DNA of 63,650 nucleotides, counting the filler, from Reticulomyxa filosa (taxonomy: Eukaryota; Protista; Foraminifera): NCBI GenBank assembly GCA_000512085.1. It is 22 parts of 22 records of this genome, joined end to end, with 100 filler letters (N's around TTAATTAATTAA, not from the genome) between each part and the next. Parts side by side here need not be neighbours in the genome. Positions count along the whole stretch, not along the records: positions 47,774 to 50,971 come from ASPP01042711.1; positions 51,072 to 52,708 come from ASPP01018636.1; positions 52,809 to 54,582 come from ASPP01017647.1; positions 54,683 to 56,689 come from ASPP01023010.1; positions 56,790 to 58,438 come from ASPP01025386.1; positions 58,539 to 60,409 come from ASPP01000077.1; positions 60,510 to 62,290 come from ASPP01034297.1; positions 62,391 to 63,650 come from ASPP01003805.1; 14 more parts are not named here. One strand, given 5' to 3'. This document shows, one piece after another, positions 50,404 through 62,688 of the stretch. Position 1 is the stretch's first letter. Every line of letters starts with the position of its first letter. The notes below the pieces were generated by a model, which was given only the letters and a program-made list of their open reading frames with translations, did no database searches and was not told where the DNA came from. The position numbers were made by a program, and so were the translations under genes.

Positions 50404-50955
50404 CTATGCTTTGCAGATTGCGTTTTCTAGCCTCTTCCAATTGATGAGAGCCAAATCCCACAGAGAGGATTGCAAATGTAATGAACGAATGCCTCCACTA
50501 TCGATCATTGGTATGTATGCGTACACAACACTCCAAAGTCGCTTCTGCATTTCGTAACACTGCATGTTTCGGACTTTTGCGTTTGTTCCAGCTATTTGTT
50601 TTTCTACTTGGTTAATCAAAGAGAAAAAAAAAAGGAGTATATAATTTGTTTGCAGCATTTTAAAAACCAAACAAGAAAAAATTGAAATGTTCATATCACA
50701 ATATCTTGCAATTTCTTCGATCAATTTTGGAGTCAGTAGATGTTCCCAGTCTTCTTGCTCTTGCGTTTGAAGGAACAGGACGTTTTGTTCAGTCAGTGCA
50801 TGGCTTTGAACAAGGTTTGCACTGTTTTGACTTGAATCAAACAATCTGACATTTACTGACGATCGAGTTGCAATTTCTGTCGTACACTCGCTGTTTTCTT
50901 TTTCAATGGGTTTTGTTTTGGAAGAGAACTGATCCAAAATATGTGTACTTGACAC
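50404..50955 (-). CDS. Hypothetical protein fragment
   Basis: 183-aa ORF spanning a probable in-frame intron; no family recognised. Confidence 0.35.
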   Translation of the reverse strand: MSSTHILDQFSSKTKPIEKENSECTTEIATRSSVNVRLFDSSQNSANLVQSHALTEQNVLFLQTQEQEDWEHLLTPKLIEEIARYCDMNISIFSCLVFKMLQTNYILLFFFSLINQVEKQIAGTNAKVRNMQCYEMQKRLWSVVYAYIPMIDSGGIRSLHLQSSLWDLALINWKRLENAICKA

Positions 50956-52136
50956 AATAGCGATATATAAANNNNNNNNNNNNNNNNNNNNNNNNNNNNN
51001 NNNNNNNNNNNNNNNTTAATTAATTAANNNNNNNNNNNNNNNNNNNNNNNNNNNNNNNNNNNNNNNNNNNNCGTATTACATTTAGTGAAGCTCTTCACTG
51101 TAGACTCCCCACAGATTGATGAAATAACAGTTTTTAATACCATCAAAATTTCTACGTAGATTTTCTAAAAAACTTGACAACTAACTCTTTGCTTTTTATG
51201 TGAATTTTCAGTTGAATTGGACGAACATATCTTGAAGTTTTACACTTATATTCAGTCAGTTTAACACCAGTGCCGACAACTATTTATTGAAAATGTAAAT
51301 AACAATTTTAGCTTTGACAACTATACAGCGATATCGTTATAGTTCTTTTTTTAAACTCTATGATACCAAAATGAACATCTTCATGTTCAGATGAATATTT
51401 CAAGATAATTGAAAGCTGTGCGTTTGTTGCAACAGCAATATAACTATTTTTTTTCGATACGGGGAGATAACGAGTTGTATGAAAAGCAAGCCTTTTACCA
51501 AAAAGAGCTTTTTCCAAACAAATCCAATTGCCCAAGTCACAAGGTACAATCGAAAAGAATTCAAACAAACTACAGCTGATGCCAAAAACCAGCCATAAGA
51601 AAATAGAAAAGGCAAAAACAAAATAAGACAAAAATATTTGAACAAAGATCTAAGCATCACAAACCAAAAAAGTATCATTTTGTTCAAAAAAAATTACAGC
51701 CAAAAAGTACTAGAAACCATGGACAAAGACAATTTAATTCAAATAAAAAAACAATTTGAAAGAATATATACTATGACCCACAATTCAACACTTTATACGT
51801 ATCACTAAAAAATTAAACGGCATCACAAAAAAAAGCAAAGGTAATATAAAAAATAAAGTAACAAATAAGACAAACTTTAGATAAAACAAATTCATATGAA
51901 TTAGTTACAGCCAAAAAACTTCTAGAAGAATCCTTCCAGGGGACAGGTGGAAAAAAAAGTATATTAGCAAGAAATAATAAACCATTGATAATAGACAAAA
52001 AAAAAAAAAAAAAAAAAAAGAAAAAAGGAACGCAAATTGCTTGCAAAAATACGTTTCAGTTTATTTATTTATTTATTTTTTTTTTTGTTTATATGCATCG
52101 TCTATATATGTAAATGTATAACAACTGCGTAAAAAA

Positions 52137-52590
52137 TCACGGTTGTATCTGTTCCTCTCCAAGCAAAGCGTTCACATCAAATACATCATGCACATCATTC
52201 CACATGCGAATGTTCCACGAAACAATGGGCAACACAGAAATGGGATTGCAATGGAACAAAATTTCCACAAATGTATGGACCTTCAAATCTTCAATGTGAT
52301 TCAACCCGCGACAGACTTCTCCTGCAGTGCTCACAAATTTGGATACTTCCGATAAGCAAGGTGGTGCGGACGACTCGTACAAGCTGCTTCCACTGGTCGT
52401 ACTGTCTGCACTTTCCAATCCCGACATGTCATCTTCCATCGCATCATCCACATTCTCGTCATCGGTCAACATACGGATTGTATTTATATCCAAGTAATTT
52501 TTGCGTAGTAAAAAGTACATCTTTTTTTTTTTTTTTTTTTACAAGTGTTCCGGTCAAGTTCCGTTCATAGTTCCGAATCAGTTCCAAAAC
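52137..52590 (-). CDS. 3' end of a hypothetical protein (last two exons)
   Basis: GC-richer ORF (..PPCLSEVSKFVSTAGEVCRGLNHIEDL..GEEQIQP-stop) after a poly-A intron; followed by an AT-rich 3' region. Confidence 0.5.
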
Positions 52591-52672
52591 AAATAACCCA
52601 AAATTTTTATTTTTTTAATAATTAAAAAAAAAAAAAAAAGGGGAAGGGGGGTCACAAGCCCTAGTTTTGTTC

Positions 52673-52708
<36 letters not shown>

Positions 52709-52808
52709 NNNNNNNNNNNNNNNNNNNNNNNNNNNNNNNNNNNNNNNNNNNNTTAATTAATTAANNNNNNNNNNNNNNNNNNNNNNNNNNNNNNNNNNNN
52801 NNNNNNNN

Positions 52809-54181
52809 ATTGTCATTGTTATTGTCATTGTTATTGTCATTTTCACTATCATTTTTATGATCATTTTCGTTGTCATTGCCATTTTTATGATCATTTTCGT
52901 CATCATTGCCATTGCCACTATTCTCAGCATCCCCATAGTGATCATTATTACTTTTGTCGTCCATGTCGCTCTCCGTGACAGCCATTTGTTTGAATCCCTT
53001 TTTTTTCCGTTGCTTTGTCTTGGATCCGGGGCCAAGTTTATGCGACGGCTTTTTTTTTGTACACTAAGCTTGACGACGGGGCACTCGCAGTCGTCGATGG
53101 AAGGCGAAGTCAGATTGTAGTGTTTGATGCCCTTTTGGATCAAAGGGGTGTTCATTTCGTTCCGTCTCAACCTGTCGTGACTCTTGTGGACATATGGACT
53201 CCCACCTGCCAAAGACTGAATCTCGTTCTTTTCAGTGTGTGGCGCCACCACTTTGTTCCGCGATCTCTCGTTCTGAAACGAGGCCTTCGCCGTGCTGCGC
53301 ACCGACTGCGCGACCCCACGGGTGATATAAAACACAATTTCCGAACGCAACGCATCCGAAAGGTTCGCCTGCACACTATTGCTATTGCTGTTTTCGTTTT
53401 TTATGTTTCACAATTGTTACCATACTACGTAGTCGAACACATATACATATATTTATATATGCATGTGTGTGTGTGTACATATATATATATATATATTTAT
53501 TATTCTTCAACTTCAATGGACACGCAAAGACAAAACTGTTGCTCCAAGGCGGAAAAGTTGCTCAAAGACAAGCTGGGGAAATGGATCGACCACCAAGCGA
53601 GCGCATCTTGCAGACACACCAAGACAACGTACGTGGCGATAAAATAGCTGGCGTAATGTGAAGTTGAGCTGTCCTGATCGAGATCGTCCTCGCAGAGCTT
53701 TTCGCACTTATTGTGCAATTGCCATCGACAACCAAACTTTACTTGATTTCTTTCGATATTGCGAAAACAAGGAGGTTGTACAATAATTTGTGTACAAATA
53801 GGAAGAAGGGACACATGAGTGAAAATAAATAAATTATATATGCATATAAATATATATACATGTAAATATATATTTATATGTATATATAAACATTGATGTT
53901 AAACTGTGAACTGGTCACATAGGCCAATGGAAGGAAGATAACGACGGCACATAAGGTGAAAACCGAGACAATAATGATCTGTCGGGTGATGACTTGAATG
54001 CGCGGCTTTAGCGTTTCTTTAAGCGCCCCACGCAAGAGCAGTACGCTTTTATCGCGGACACAATGCCGAGCACGCCGCTCAAAAGGAGAGGTGCATACAA
54101 TAGCACCACATTGAATGGATTCAATTCGTCACCGGTGTTGCACGTGGCGCACATTTTTAATTTTGAACGATAGCGAAAGGC

Positions 54182-54219
<38 letters not shown>

Positions 54220-54542
54220 ACGTTGGCATATTGTTGGGATTTAACATAACACAAAAGATTGAACAATCAAATGATTATATAGGATTATGGAGTCAATTTT
54301 TATATAAACGACAAACAGATACGTTAAAAAAAAAAAAAAAAACCTAAAGAAGCAAAAAGTGAGTTAATGAGAAACGACCATGTCCATATCACAATGTGAA
54401 TACTCCATGGAGTTCCATTTGGATTTCGAAATGGGTTTTTCAGTGTCAGTAATAAATCTAATGTTATACCAACGAAATATCCTTGTGTTGCCGTGAAAAA
54501 TAAAAAGAAGAAAAACCCCCACCATGTACACGTTGGTTCGTC
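52809..54542 (-). CDS. 7TM receptor of the GPCR-PIPK (oomycete GK / Dictyostelium RpkA) type; internal fragment from TM3 to the cytoplasmic linker
   Basis: TM3 CTWWGFFFFLFFTATQGYFVGITLDLLLTLKNPF, TM4 HIVIWTWS, ICL3 LRGALKETLKPRIQVI, and post-TM7 LSDALRSEIVFYITRGV (the LR-x9-GI/V motif). Confidence 0.75.
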
Positions 54543-54543
54543 C

Positions 54544-54580
<37 letters not shown>

Positions 54581-55540
54581 TTNNNNNNNNNNNNNNNNNN
54601 NNNNNNNNNNNNNNNNNNNNNNNNNNTTAATTAATTAANNNNNNNNNNNNNNNNNNNNNNNNNNNNNNNNNNNNNNNNNNNNCATGTATTAAATTTATTA
54701 AATTGAAAAAAAAAGATATATATGATTGGAATTTGTGTTATGGTGCAACTAATGGTCCAATTTATATATATGAATAATTTTTTTGGCACATCATTCAAAA
54801 TGAATGCAACAATAATATTAAATGAAAATTATTTTTTTTTTTTTCATTTTTCTTACAAAAATATTTTTTGTTTAAAAAAACATATTTTAATTACAATTAT
54901 TCTGTTTTGTTGTTTGTTGTATTTTCTGTCTTGTTTTCATGTGTGTAAACGTGTTATATCAACTAAATAGTTCACAATATTATTACCAAGTGTTGTGTTT
55001 GTGTATCATTTAAAATTCTTTGTTCAGAGACTGATTTCACCTTTTTTTCTGTTATGTGGTTCATCCCTCCACAAAGTCCAATTCTTTTACAATCCAAGTT
55101 ACACTTGTTTTTACTTTCATCGTTAATTGCATCAAAAGTAAAGGTGGCCATTTTCAACACTATTTTTTTTCCAATGAAAAATGAGGAACTACATTTACTT
55201 ATTTGAAAAAGTTTTTCTCATCGCTTTTAAGTTTAAAGTCACCTGGAAGGATCAATACTTGTAATTGGTCAGTAGCTTGCCTATTAATCATCAAACTATT
55301 GTGAAATTCTCTTTCAAACTAAGTACACAATCAAAAACAAAGTTATGATATCAGACTGAAAAAAAATTAGCTAGTTTTTTAAAAACAATTTCTAGTCTTT
55401 TTGTTGATGTGTTCTAAACAATGTCGTTTTATTGCTTGTTAAAAAGAATACTTTTTAACTGTTTTACAAAAGAGTAGAAAAAATTTTGGATAAAAATACA
55501 AATAAACAATTTTATCCAATGTGTTAATTCCAATATATGA

Positions 55541-56340
55541 TTGATTAAAAAAAATACTCAGCAACGATATAAAGAAGAAAAAGAATTAAACGATAGCAAA
55601 TTAGAAACATTGCGTGACAGACTAACTTCTTTGAAAGACAAGATCAGACAATGTGAACAACAAAATGAAATGAAGCGAACTGATATAAAAACAGGATTTG
55701 ACAAATGGATGTCCAACTGGACTAAACATTATAACGAAGATAAAGAAAAAACACAGAAGAATATACAATCAAAATCAAAAGAATTAATACAATTGATTGA
55801 AAACTCCAGATCACAAGAAAGAGTGAGTATTTGTTTTTCTTTATTCTAAAGAAGACATAAAAAGTAACTATGCAATATATAGAATACAATGCGTCGCAAA
55901 ATTGCCAAAGAAATGGAGCTAGTAAAAAGAGAAACACAATACAATTCCTTATTGGATGAAAAATGTTCGGAATATATCCAACTCAAAGTTCTGAATTCCT
56001 TTAATTCCTTCTTTTTTTTTTTTGTTAAACCAATTTATGATGGCTTTGATAGCTTAAAGACGAAGAAAACGAAGCTTTATTGACCAAGCTACGAAATGAA
56101 TGGAAAGAAATTGAAGTCAATTTAAAAAATGAACAAATTCATCAGCAATCCGTCAAATACTTGATGAAAATTTGGTATTGTTGTGCGATTATGGTGTCCC
56201 GAGCGGCAAGGGCACGCAAAAAAAAAGCAGAAAAAAAAGAGAAAAAACGTGTAAAAGACAAAACTAAGCATAAACAAAGCAAAGTAAAGTTAGCAAAATC
56301 AAAAAAAAAGAAATCAAACATTCAAACTGTACATAAATAA
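55541..56340 (+). CDS. Coiled-coil protein with a basic C-terminus, weakly like DRC9/DRC10 (IQCG/IQCD)
   Basis: Long heptads, WMSNWTKHYNED, degenerate IQ-like segments and a Lys-rich tail; 3 exons. Family call is weak. Confidence 0.35.
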
Positions 56341-59174
56341 AGTTATTTTAAAGAATGCTGTAATACTTACTTTCCACAAGTGTTAACTTGCATATACACT
56401 AAATAATCATTAAAATTTCAACAACAAAAATAACATTACTTTTTAATATCCATTTTCTTCTTTTTTAAGAAGCAAGGCGCAACTTCATTAGTATTTAATT
56501 TCATAAAAAATTAACTTTTGCTATATTTCATATTTGCTTCCAGAGTGTATTTATCCAAGAAAAATCATCGCAGTTAAGTAAGATTTTTTGGATTTGATTT
56601 TGTGATATTGTGCTAAAAGATGCCACAACCAATTCTCAATCAGTATTTGTTTCGATACTATCAGGTTACACGCAATCTAATACACTTTTNNNNNNNNNNN
56701 NNNNNNNNNNNNNNNNNNNNNNNNNNNNNNNNNTTAATTAATTAANNNNNNNNNNNNNNNNNNNNNNNNNNNNNNNNNNNNNNNNNNNNATGTAAATTTG
56801 CAATTTCTTTGAATATTTTGACATTTTTTTACCAAAAAATTTGAAAAAATTGTTAAAATTTTTGTATTGCATTTCTATAATTGTGATTCCAAAAAACGAA
56901 TTAATTCAGAAAATTGAAAATTAAAATTTTTTTTTTTTGGTGAACAATTTTTCTGTTGAAGTGACTTTGGCTCTTCTCTCCATGCAGCCTAACAAAGCAA
57001 ATTTCTACAACATGGAACTCGCTCTTGAGATTTTCTTCACTACTGCTCTCCTCTGCGAAGTGCAACAGTTGCTGAAAAAGAAAAAAACGTACTTTCATGA
57101 TGACATTTAGTTATAAATGGCAGAAAAAACTTGGAAAAAAAAAGTGATCAGAAATATGTTAAGCATTGAATATTGCCTCTGTTCTATCGTACAAGCACTT
57201 GGAACAATTGATCGACAACACTTATATCGTAGAAATATGAATAAAAAGATATTCTTTCCATTTCATTTGGTATAGGCTGCAACACAATTTTTTGTTTAGT
57301 GAACACATTGCAAATTTTTTTTTTGCGCGACAATTTGAAACATATTAAATTATCCACTGACGTAGAAGTTGTCATTTTTGTTCCATGCACACCTTCCTTT
57401 CCAATCATGAAATTGATTGATTGTGCTCCATGTTGGAAATTTACTGTTTCCCAATTGGAAATGGAGTGTGTTCTTCACATAAATGCACCAAGCCACAGCG
57501 TGTGAGCTCACTTTTATCGTGCACAAAAAGATGTCCCTCGCTTTAGGATGGACATACATTGGTAGGGATCGTTCAACACAACAAATTCGAATCGGGACGG
57601 ATATATTGTATCCCCAAAGTGGACACATAGCTGCACCAAGTCGGTAAGAAAAAAAAGTATAGCCCACCGATCTTGCCAAGTGTTCAACAACTATCTCCTG
57701 CTCAAATTTTGTTTGTGTAAACCCACTTTTCGCATGCCCAGAAGTAGTCTGTCCTCTTGGAGTATCAGGCAACCGTACGAAAGACACACAACACCCCGTT
57801 TCGGCGGTTGTTCAGTTCAAAAACTTGATTTGAAGATGAAAAAACAATATTCAGTTCCAGATTTGGTAATGGACACGTCTGATTTGAGGGAGAGATTTAT
57901 ATAATTTTGATTGGGAACTTAACTCAACATGTTCGGTTTAAAAAAAGTATTATAAAAACCAGAAAAGCCCTTTAACCGAGGATTCTTCTTCAAACCGTAG
58001 CAATGATAAAATAATATATTTGGTAAGTGTATGACAGAAATGTGTTCTTCTGAAAAAAATAAGTAACGATATCACTTCTGTTCTGTAGTTATCTCTTGTT
58101 TTAGTCCATATGGACCCAGTTCAAGTTTCTTTTAATGTGTACAAAAATTTTATCGGTACCTGCATTTCGAACAACTCTTGAACAACCTTTCGGGGGGGGG
58201 AGCGAAAAAAAAACTGCATAGTGTAAAGCTGCCAACATGACCGCACCATTGCCCGTGTTAGCTTCAGCCCTTCCATCATTCTCTCCTTCATTAATTTCGG
58301 GTAGTTTTTCGTCGAATTTGCCTACATTTCAATCTGGCCAAGAACGGGAACACGTTTTTGTTGGTGATCCCGACCAGTGCTCTCGGATGATGGAAAGAAT
58401 ACATATTCGCAAATGTGCAGTGAATAAATACAAATTGCNNNNNNNNNNNNNNNNNNNNNNNNNNNNNNNNNNNNNNNNNNNNTTAATTAATTAANNNNNN
58501 NNNNNNNNNNNNNNNNNNNNNNNNNNNNNNNNNNNNNNCATTTTAGGTTTCAACTTTCTTTTTTATCTTACTGTATTATAAATTTATAGTGCATTGTAGA
58601 AAAACTAAATATAAAAACGTCATTTTAAAAATCAAAAAAACCATACAAAACTCTTGAAGATAATAAAAAATTTTGCTGACCAAAAAAAGTAATTTGAAAA
58701 TACTGTGAATAAAAATTCGAAGAATATTGTTATCAGTAATATGATATTATTGCGAAAACAACAAAATCAACCAAATTTAGCATTATATTGAAACAACATT
58801 ACAATAAGTATAATTATGTCTGCAGTTAATTAAACTAAGTTATAGAATGTGAGTTGTTAATTACTAAATACAAATTAAATTTATGCGAATGATTTATTAC
58901 TGCATGTCATATAAATAATTAATTTTGAGTACGCTTCAGTTATCAATATTATTTTAATCTGGTTGAGTAAGATCAAGTTTATCATAATAATTTGAATTTA
59001 AAACTATTATGCTAGAGTGTTTCAATATTTAGAAATATCGAACGAAAATTTAGTTTAAAGGTGTATAACTCTCAATTCAAGTAAAAAAATTGAAAACTTT
59101 TTAATGGTTAAAATGAAAACAATTAGAAAGATAATGACAAAATAATACATAAAAAAGGCAAATTGATATGTTTA

Positions 59175-60358
59175 TTAAGTTGAAATCATAGAATGATGTC
59201 GTTTTCCTAATACACTAGCCTGTTGTGAAAGTTTGCTTTTAACAATCTCACCGAGTTCATTCATAATAAAACCATCTCCAACTTGAGGAGCATAAGAAGA
59301 GGCTTTGTGTTTGGGAACAAAATCAAAGCCATCTCTGACTTTGCCCAACATTAATTCAGTAATTTTTATCCAATCATTGACATTTCTAGATTGCAGTAAA
59401 GTTTCCAAATCGTTCCTTCCAATATAATCAGGCGGTTTTTCATTCATAGCGATTGGACGCTCCAATATTCCAACAGGTACATATCTGTGGGTAAATGCCA
59501 TCCACTCCAATAAAAACCTGCGAGTATTTTCAACACCAACATTGTCGCTACCCCAATGCAACAGTCCATAATTAACATATTTTTTGAAAATTTCCAATCT
59601 TTCCGACGAAGAAATGTCAATATCTCTTTGTTCTTTGATTTCCTGGAAAATCCACGGTTTGATTAACGCACCTCTTCCAATCATGCACGTTGACACATTA
59701 CTTTTCTTTTTAAACGTGTAGTAGTCTTGCCAATAGTAGACATCCCCACTTCCAATAATTGGTACTTTTTCCTGTGCTTGACATTGTGCAATATAATCCC
59801 AATTTGCCTCTCGACGATATCGCTGCTGACGTGAACGTCCATGAACGGTTATGTACGAGACTCCATCATTGCGTAGCATTTCAACTAAATTTATGGCATT
59901 GGAGTGTGTGTGGTAGTACCCCATTCGCATTTTCACAGTTATCGGCTTGTCCGTCATTGCATACATGGAGCGGACGACTGTTCGCAAATGGTAAGGCTTT
60001 TGCATTAACTCAGATCCACATCTAAATTCAAAATAAATAAATAAAGATTACAAGATAAATATAAAATAAGAAAATGAACAAACAAAATAAATAAATAAAC
60101 AAGCAAACAAAAATAACCTCATTGCACATATTTCCTCCAAAGGACATCCAACATTCAAATCAATAAAATCATACGAGACCCCAAATTTCTCCATTGTCTC
60201 CAAAGCGTAACAAGTGTTGTCAACATAGCCAGAGGCGATTTGAATCCCAAACAGATCTTCACTCGAGTGTCGTTTCAAAAGGGCCCATTCTGACTTGATA
60301 CCTTTTATTAAATTCGATGCTACTGTCATTTCGCAACAAGTAATATCAGCACCAAACT
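59175..60358 (-). CDS. DUS3: tRNA-dihydrouridine(47) synthase 3, 5'-truncated
   Basis: GADITCCEM, SEWALLKRH, FIDLNVGCP, TVKMRMG, TVHGRSRQQRY..ANWDYI, IGRGALIKPWIF, HWGSD..RRFLLEW. Confidence 0.96.
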
Positions 60359-62199
60359 CTATATTTGTTGTTATATTGTAGTATAAATCACAAAAAAAAA
60401 AAAAAAAAANNNNNNNNNNNNNNNNNNNNNNNNNNNNNNNNNNNNNNNNNNNNTTAATTAATTAANNNNNNNNNNNNNNNNNNNNNNNNNNNNNNNNNNN
60501 NNNNNNNNNATTAGCAGCACACTCACTATTCGAAATCCAAACTTGCGACTGTGAGCATGAACACGAAACCGTTTTGACACGAACAGTTGGTATAATTTCT
60601 ATAACAACTTTATTTGTTGGAGCCAATAAATTGCAGTCGACGCATGTCTGGAAACGCAAAATCTCCATTCGCGATCGTGAAGAGCATATAACCAAATTCA
60701 GCAAATGCACCATCCAAGCTCCATATTTGCGAATGTGCGCACGGATACAAATAGTCTATACATATATTTTTTTGTGCTCATAACAATTGAGTACCATTGT
60801 TTTTTTGGCGCCGGCAGACAGCAGTTCGGCACATTCTTGGCGATATACAAGTCGACAATTATTTGCATATACTTGCGTGTTGGCGTTGATCGCGACCAAA
60901 TTCTTTCCAATTCTTCGGGCTGCCAATATATACATTTCCACACTCGTTCTGCGTTTTTCACTGGAGCTCGCTATGGGACGTTAGTTCACACCGCAAGTGG
61001 CGACTTTGCGCATTTCTCGACGTAAAGGACAATTTCTATAACCAAATCCAAAAAGCTGACGGATGTATTGTTTTTTTAAAAAACAAGTTTAATGCGATGT
61101 AACTTCGGATATTTTTATTATCTTTATCCTTATTCTTCATCCTCTTGCTGACAGGTGTCTTGACGGAGTTTCGCCAATTCCTCCACCACTTTGCACGATT
61201 TTATACTTTTTTTTTCTTCTTGGCGGCACCAACGACTTCTTCCATCAGCAGCACTCACGACTCGAAACCAAAAGCTGCGAATATGCGCACGCACACAAAC
61301 AGCTCGACACGAATAATTTTATTTCTATAACAACCTTGTTCGTTGAAGCCGATATGTTGCAGTTCGATACATGTCCGGAACGTAAAATCGCCACTTGCGG
61401 GCTTGAAGAGCCAATACCGAACTTATCCAATCTGGTAAACTAGTTTTTTTTAAAAAAATCCAACGCGACATGATTGCAATGTTCTTCATCATCCTCCTAC
61501 TAATCATCTTTTCTGATTGCTTGCCCATGTGTTGACTGACTTTCGCGCAACTCCTAACTAAATTGAACCACTCTCAATGGAGCGATTTTCACAATGTGGC
61601 GGTTTTCTCGATCGTGATGAGTGGACATTTTTTAGCAGCTTCATCGCCTTCCAATTTTTTCTTCATTGCGTTCTACTTTTTCTCTGCTGCCATTGAGACA
61701 CCACAATGTCGTTATCATTCTTACTTTGAGCGTATTATACTTTTTTTTTTTTTCTTCTTGGTAAGTTTGCTTTTGTCGTTTGGCGGCCAAGAGCTCCATC
61801 GTCCGGATTGAACTGGTGATATCTTATCCACTAGAGCTGATGGACTTCGTACTTGATGGCATCACCCTTGCAATGACAACAACTTAATATTTTTTTCTTC
61901 GCTGCTTCAACAAGTCGACTGTCGTCGTTGTAGTCGACCACTTAACAATTAAATAAAGGTATCAACGAATTTTTTGCTGCTGTTGCTTTGCTCTTCTTCA
62001 CAAACTTTTTCATTTTCATTTTTTTTCTTTTTATCTTTCTTTTTTCTTTTTTGCTCATTTTTATCTTTTTTTTTTCTTTTTTCCACATTGTCATTTTTTT
62101 ATTTTTTCATTTTTATTTCCAACATTTTTTCATTTTTAAATTTTCTAATTCTTTAAATTTTTTCTTTTCTTTTCTTAAATAAAAATTATTTCCAAATTT

Positions 62200-62290
62200 T
62201 CCCCACCCTTTTTTTCCATTTATTTTTTCCCTAACCCTTTTTTCCATATCCCTTTTTTCCCTATCCCTTTTTTCCCTATCCCTTTTTTCC
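62200..62290. repeat. About 15-bp minisatellite (CCCTTTTTTCCCTAT)n running into a contig end
   Basis: 4-5 degenerate units, more regular toward the gap. Confidence 0.8.
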
Positions 62291-62688
62291 NNNNNNNNNN
62301 NNNNNNNNNNNNNNNNNNNNNNNNNNNNNNNNNNTTAATTAATTAANNNNNNNNNNNNNNNNNNNNNNNNNNNNNNNNNNNNNNNNNNNNGGAAAGCTAC
62401 TGCTAAACTTTCGCTGTCTGTAAACTCTGTCTTGTGTACTCTAACACTTAGTAACAAAAAAAGTCACAGTACAGCTAAGCGAAAGAGCAACCACAAACAC
62501 TAGAGATTTCAAAAGAAATGTTTATTAGAGTTTTAATTTTTGTCAAAATAGACAATCTCTACAAAGTAGTCAGCAGCGTTTTGTGAGCCCCAAAACTTCA
62601 ATGGTGAAAATATTACTTGAGGGAGTGTATGCTCGGTTTTTTTGTTTGAAATAAACAGGATTTTTTTCACACCAAAAGAAAAGTTCCC

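Larger units (their letters stand above)
5693..62390. other. 21 artificial contig linkers (44 N + TTAATTAATTAA + 44 N, 100 bp each) starting at 5693, 15246, 22098, 24409, 25603, 27308, 29036, 33989, 37719, 40396, 41918, 43390, 46425, 47674, 50972, 52709, 54583, 56690, 58439, 60410, 62291
   Basis: Identical palindromic 12-mer with stops in all six frames, centred in fixed-length N runs; genes are truncated at these points. Confidence 0.97.

Noticed and set aside
56790-58438. Overlapping ORFs on both strands at 57184-57904
   Set aside because: No recognisable motif or consistent exon structure; probably a decayed coding or transposon remnant.
62200-62290. Telomere at the contig end
   Set aside because: Only one CCCTAA; the unit is a ~15-bp pyrimidine minisatellite, and the C-rich strand runs toward the 3' end, the wrong orientation for a right telomere.
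5693-62390. TTAATTAATTAA repeated 21 times as a CRISPR-like or biological repeat
   Set aside because: Always centred in fixed N runs; it is a six-frame-stop assembly linker.
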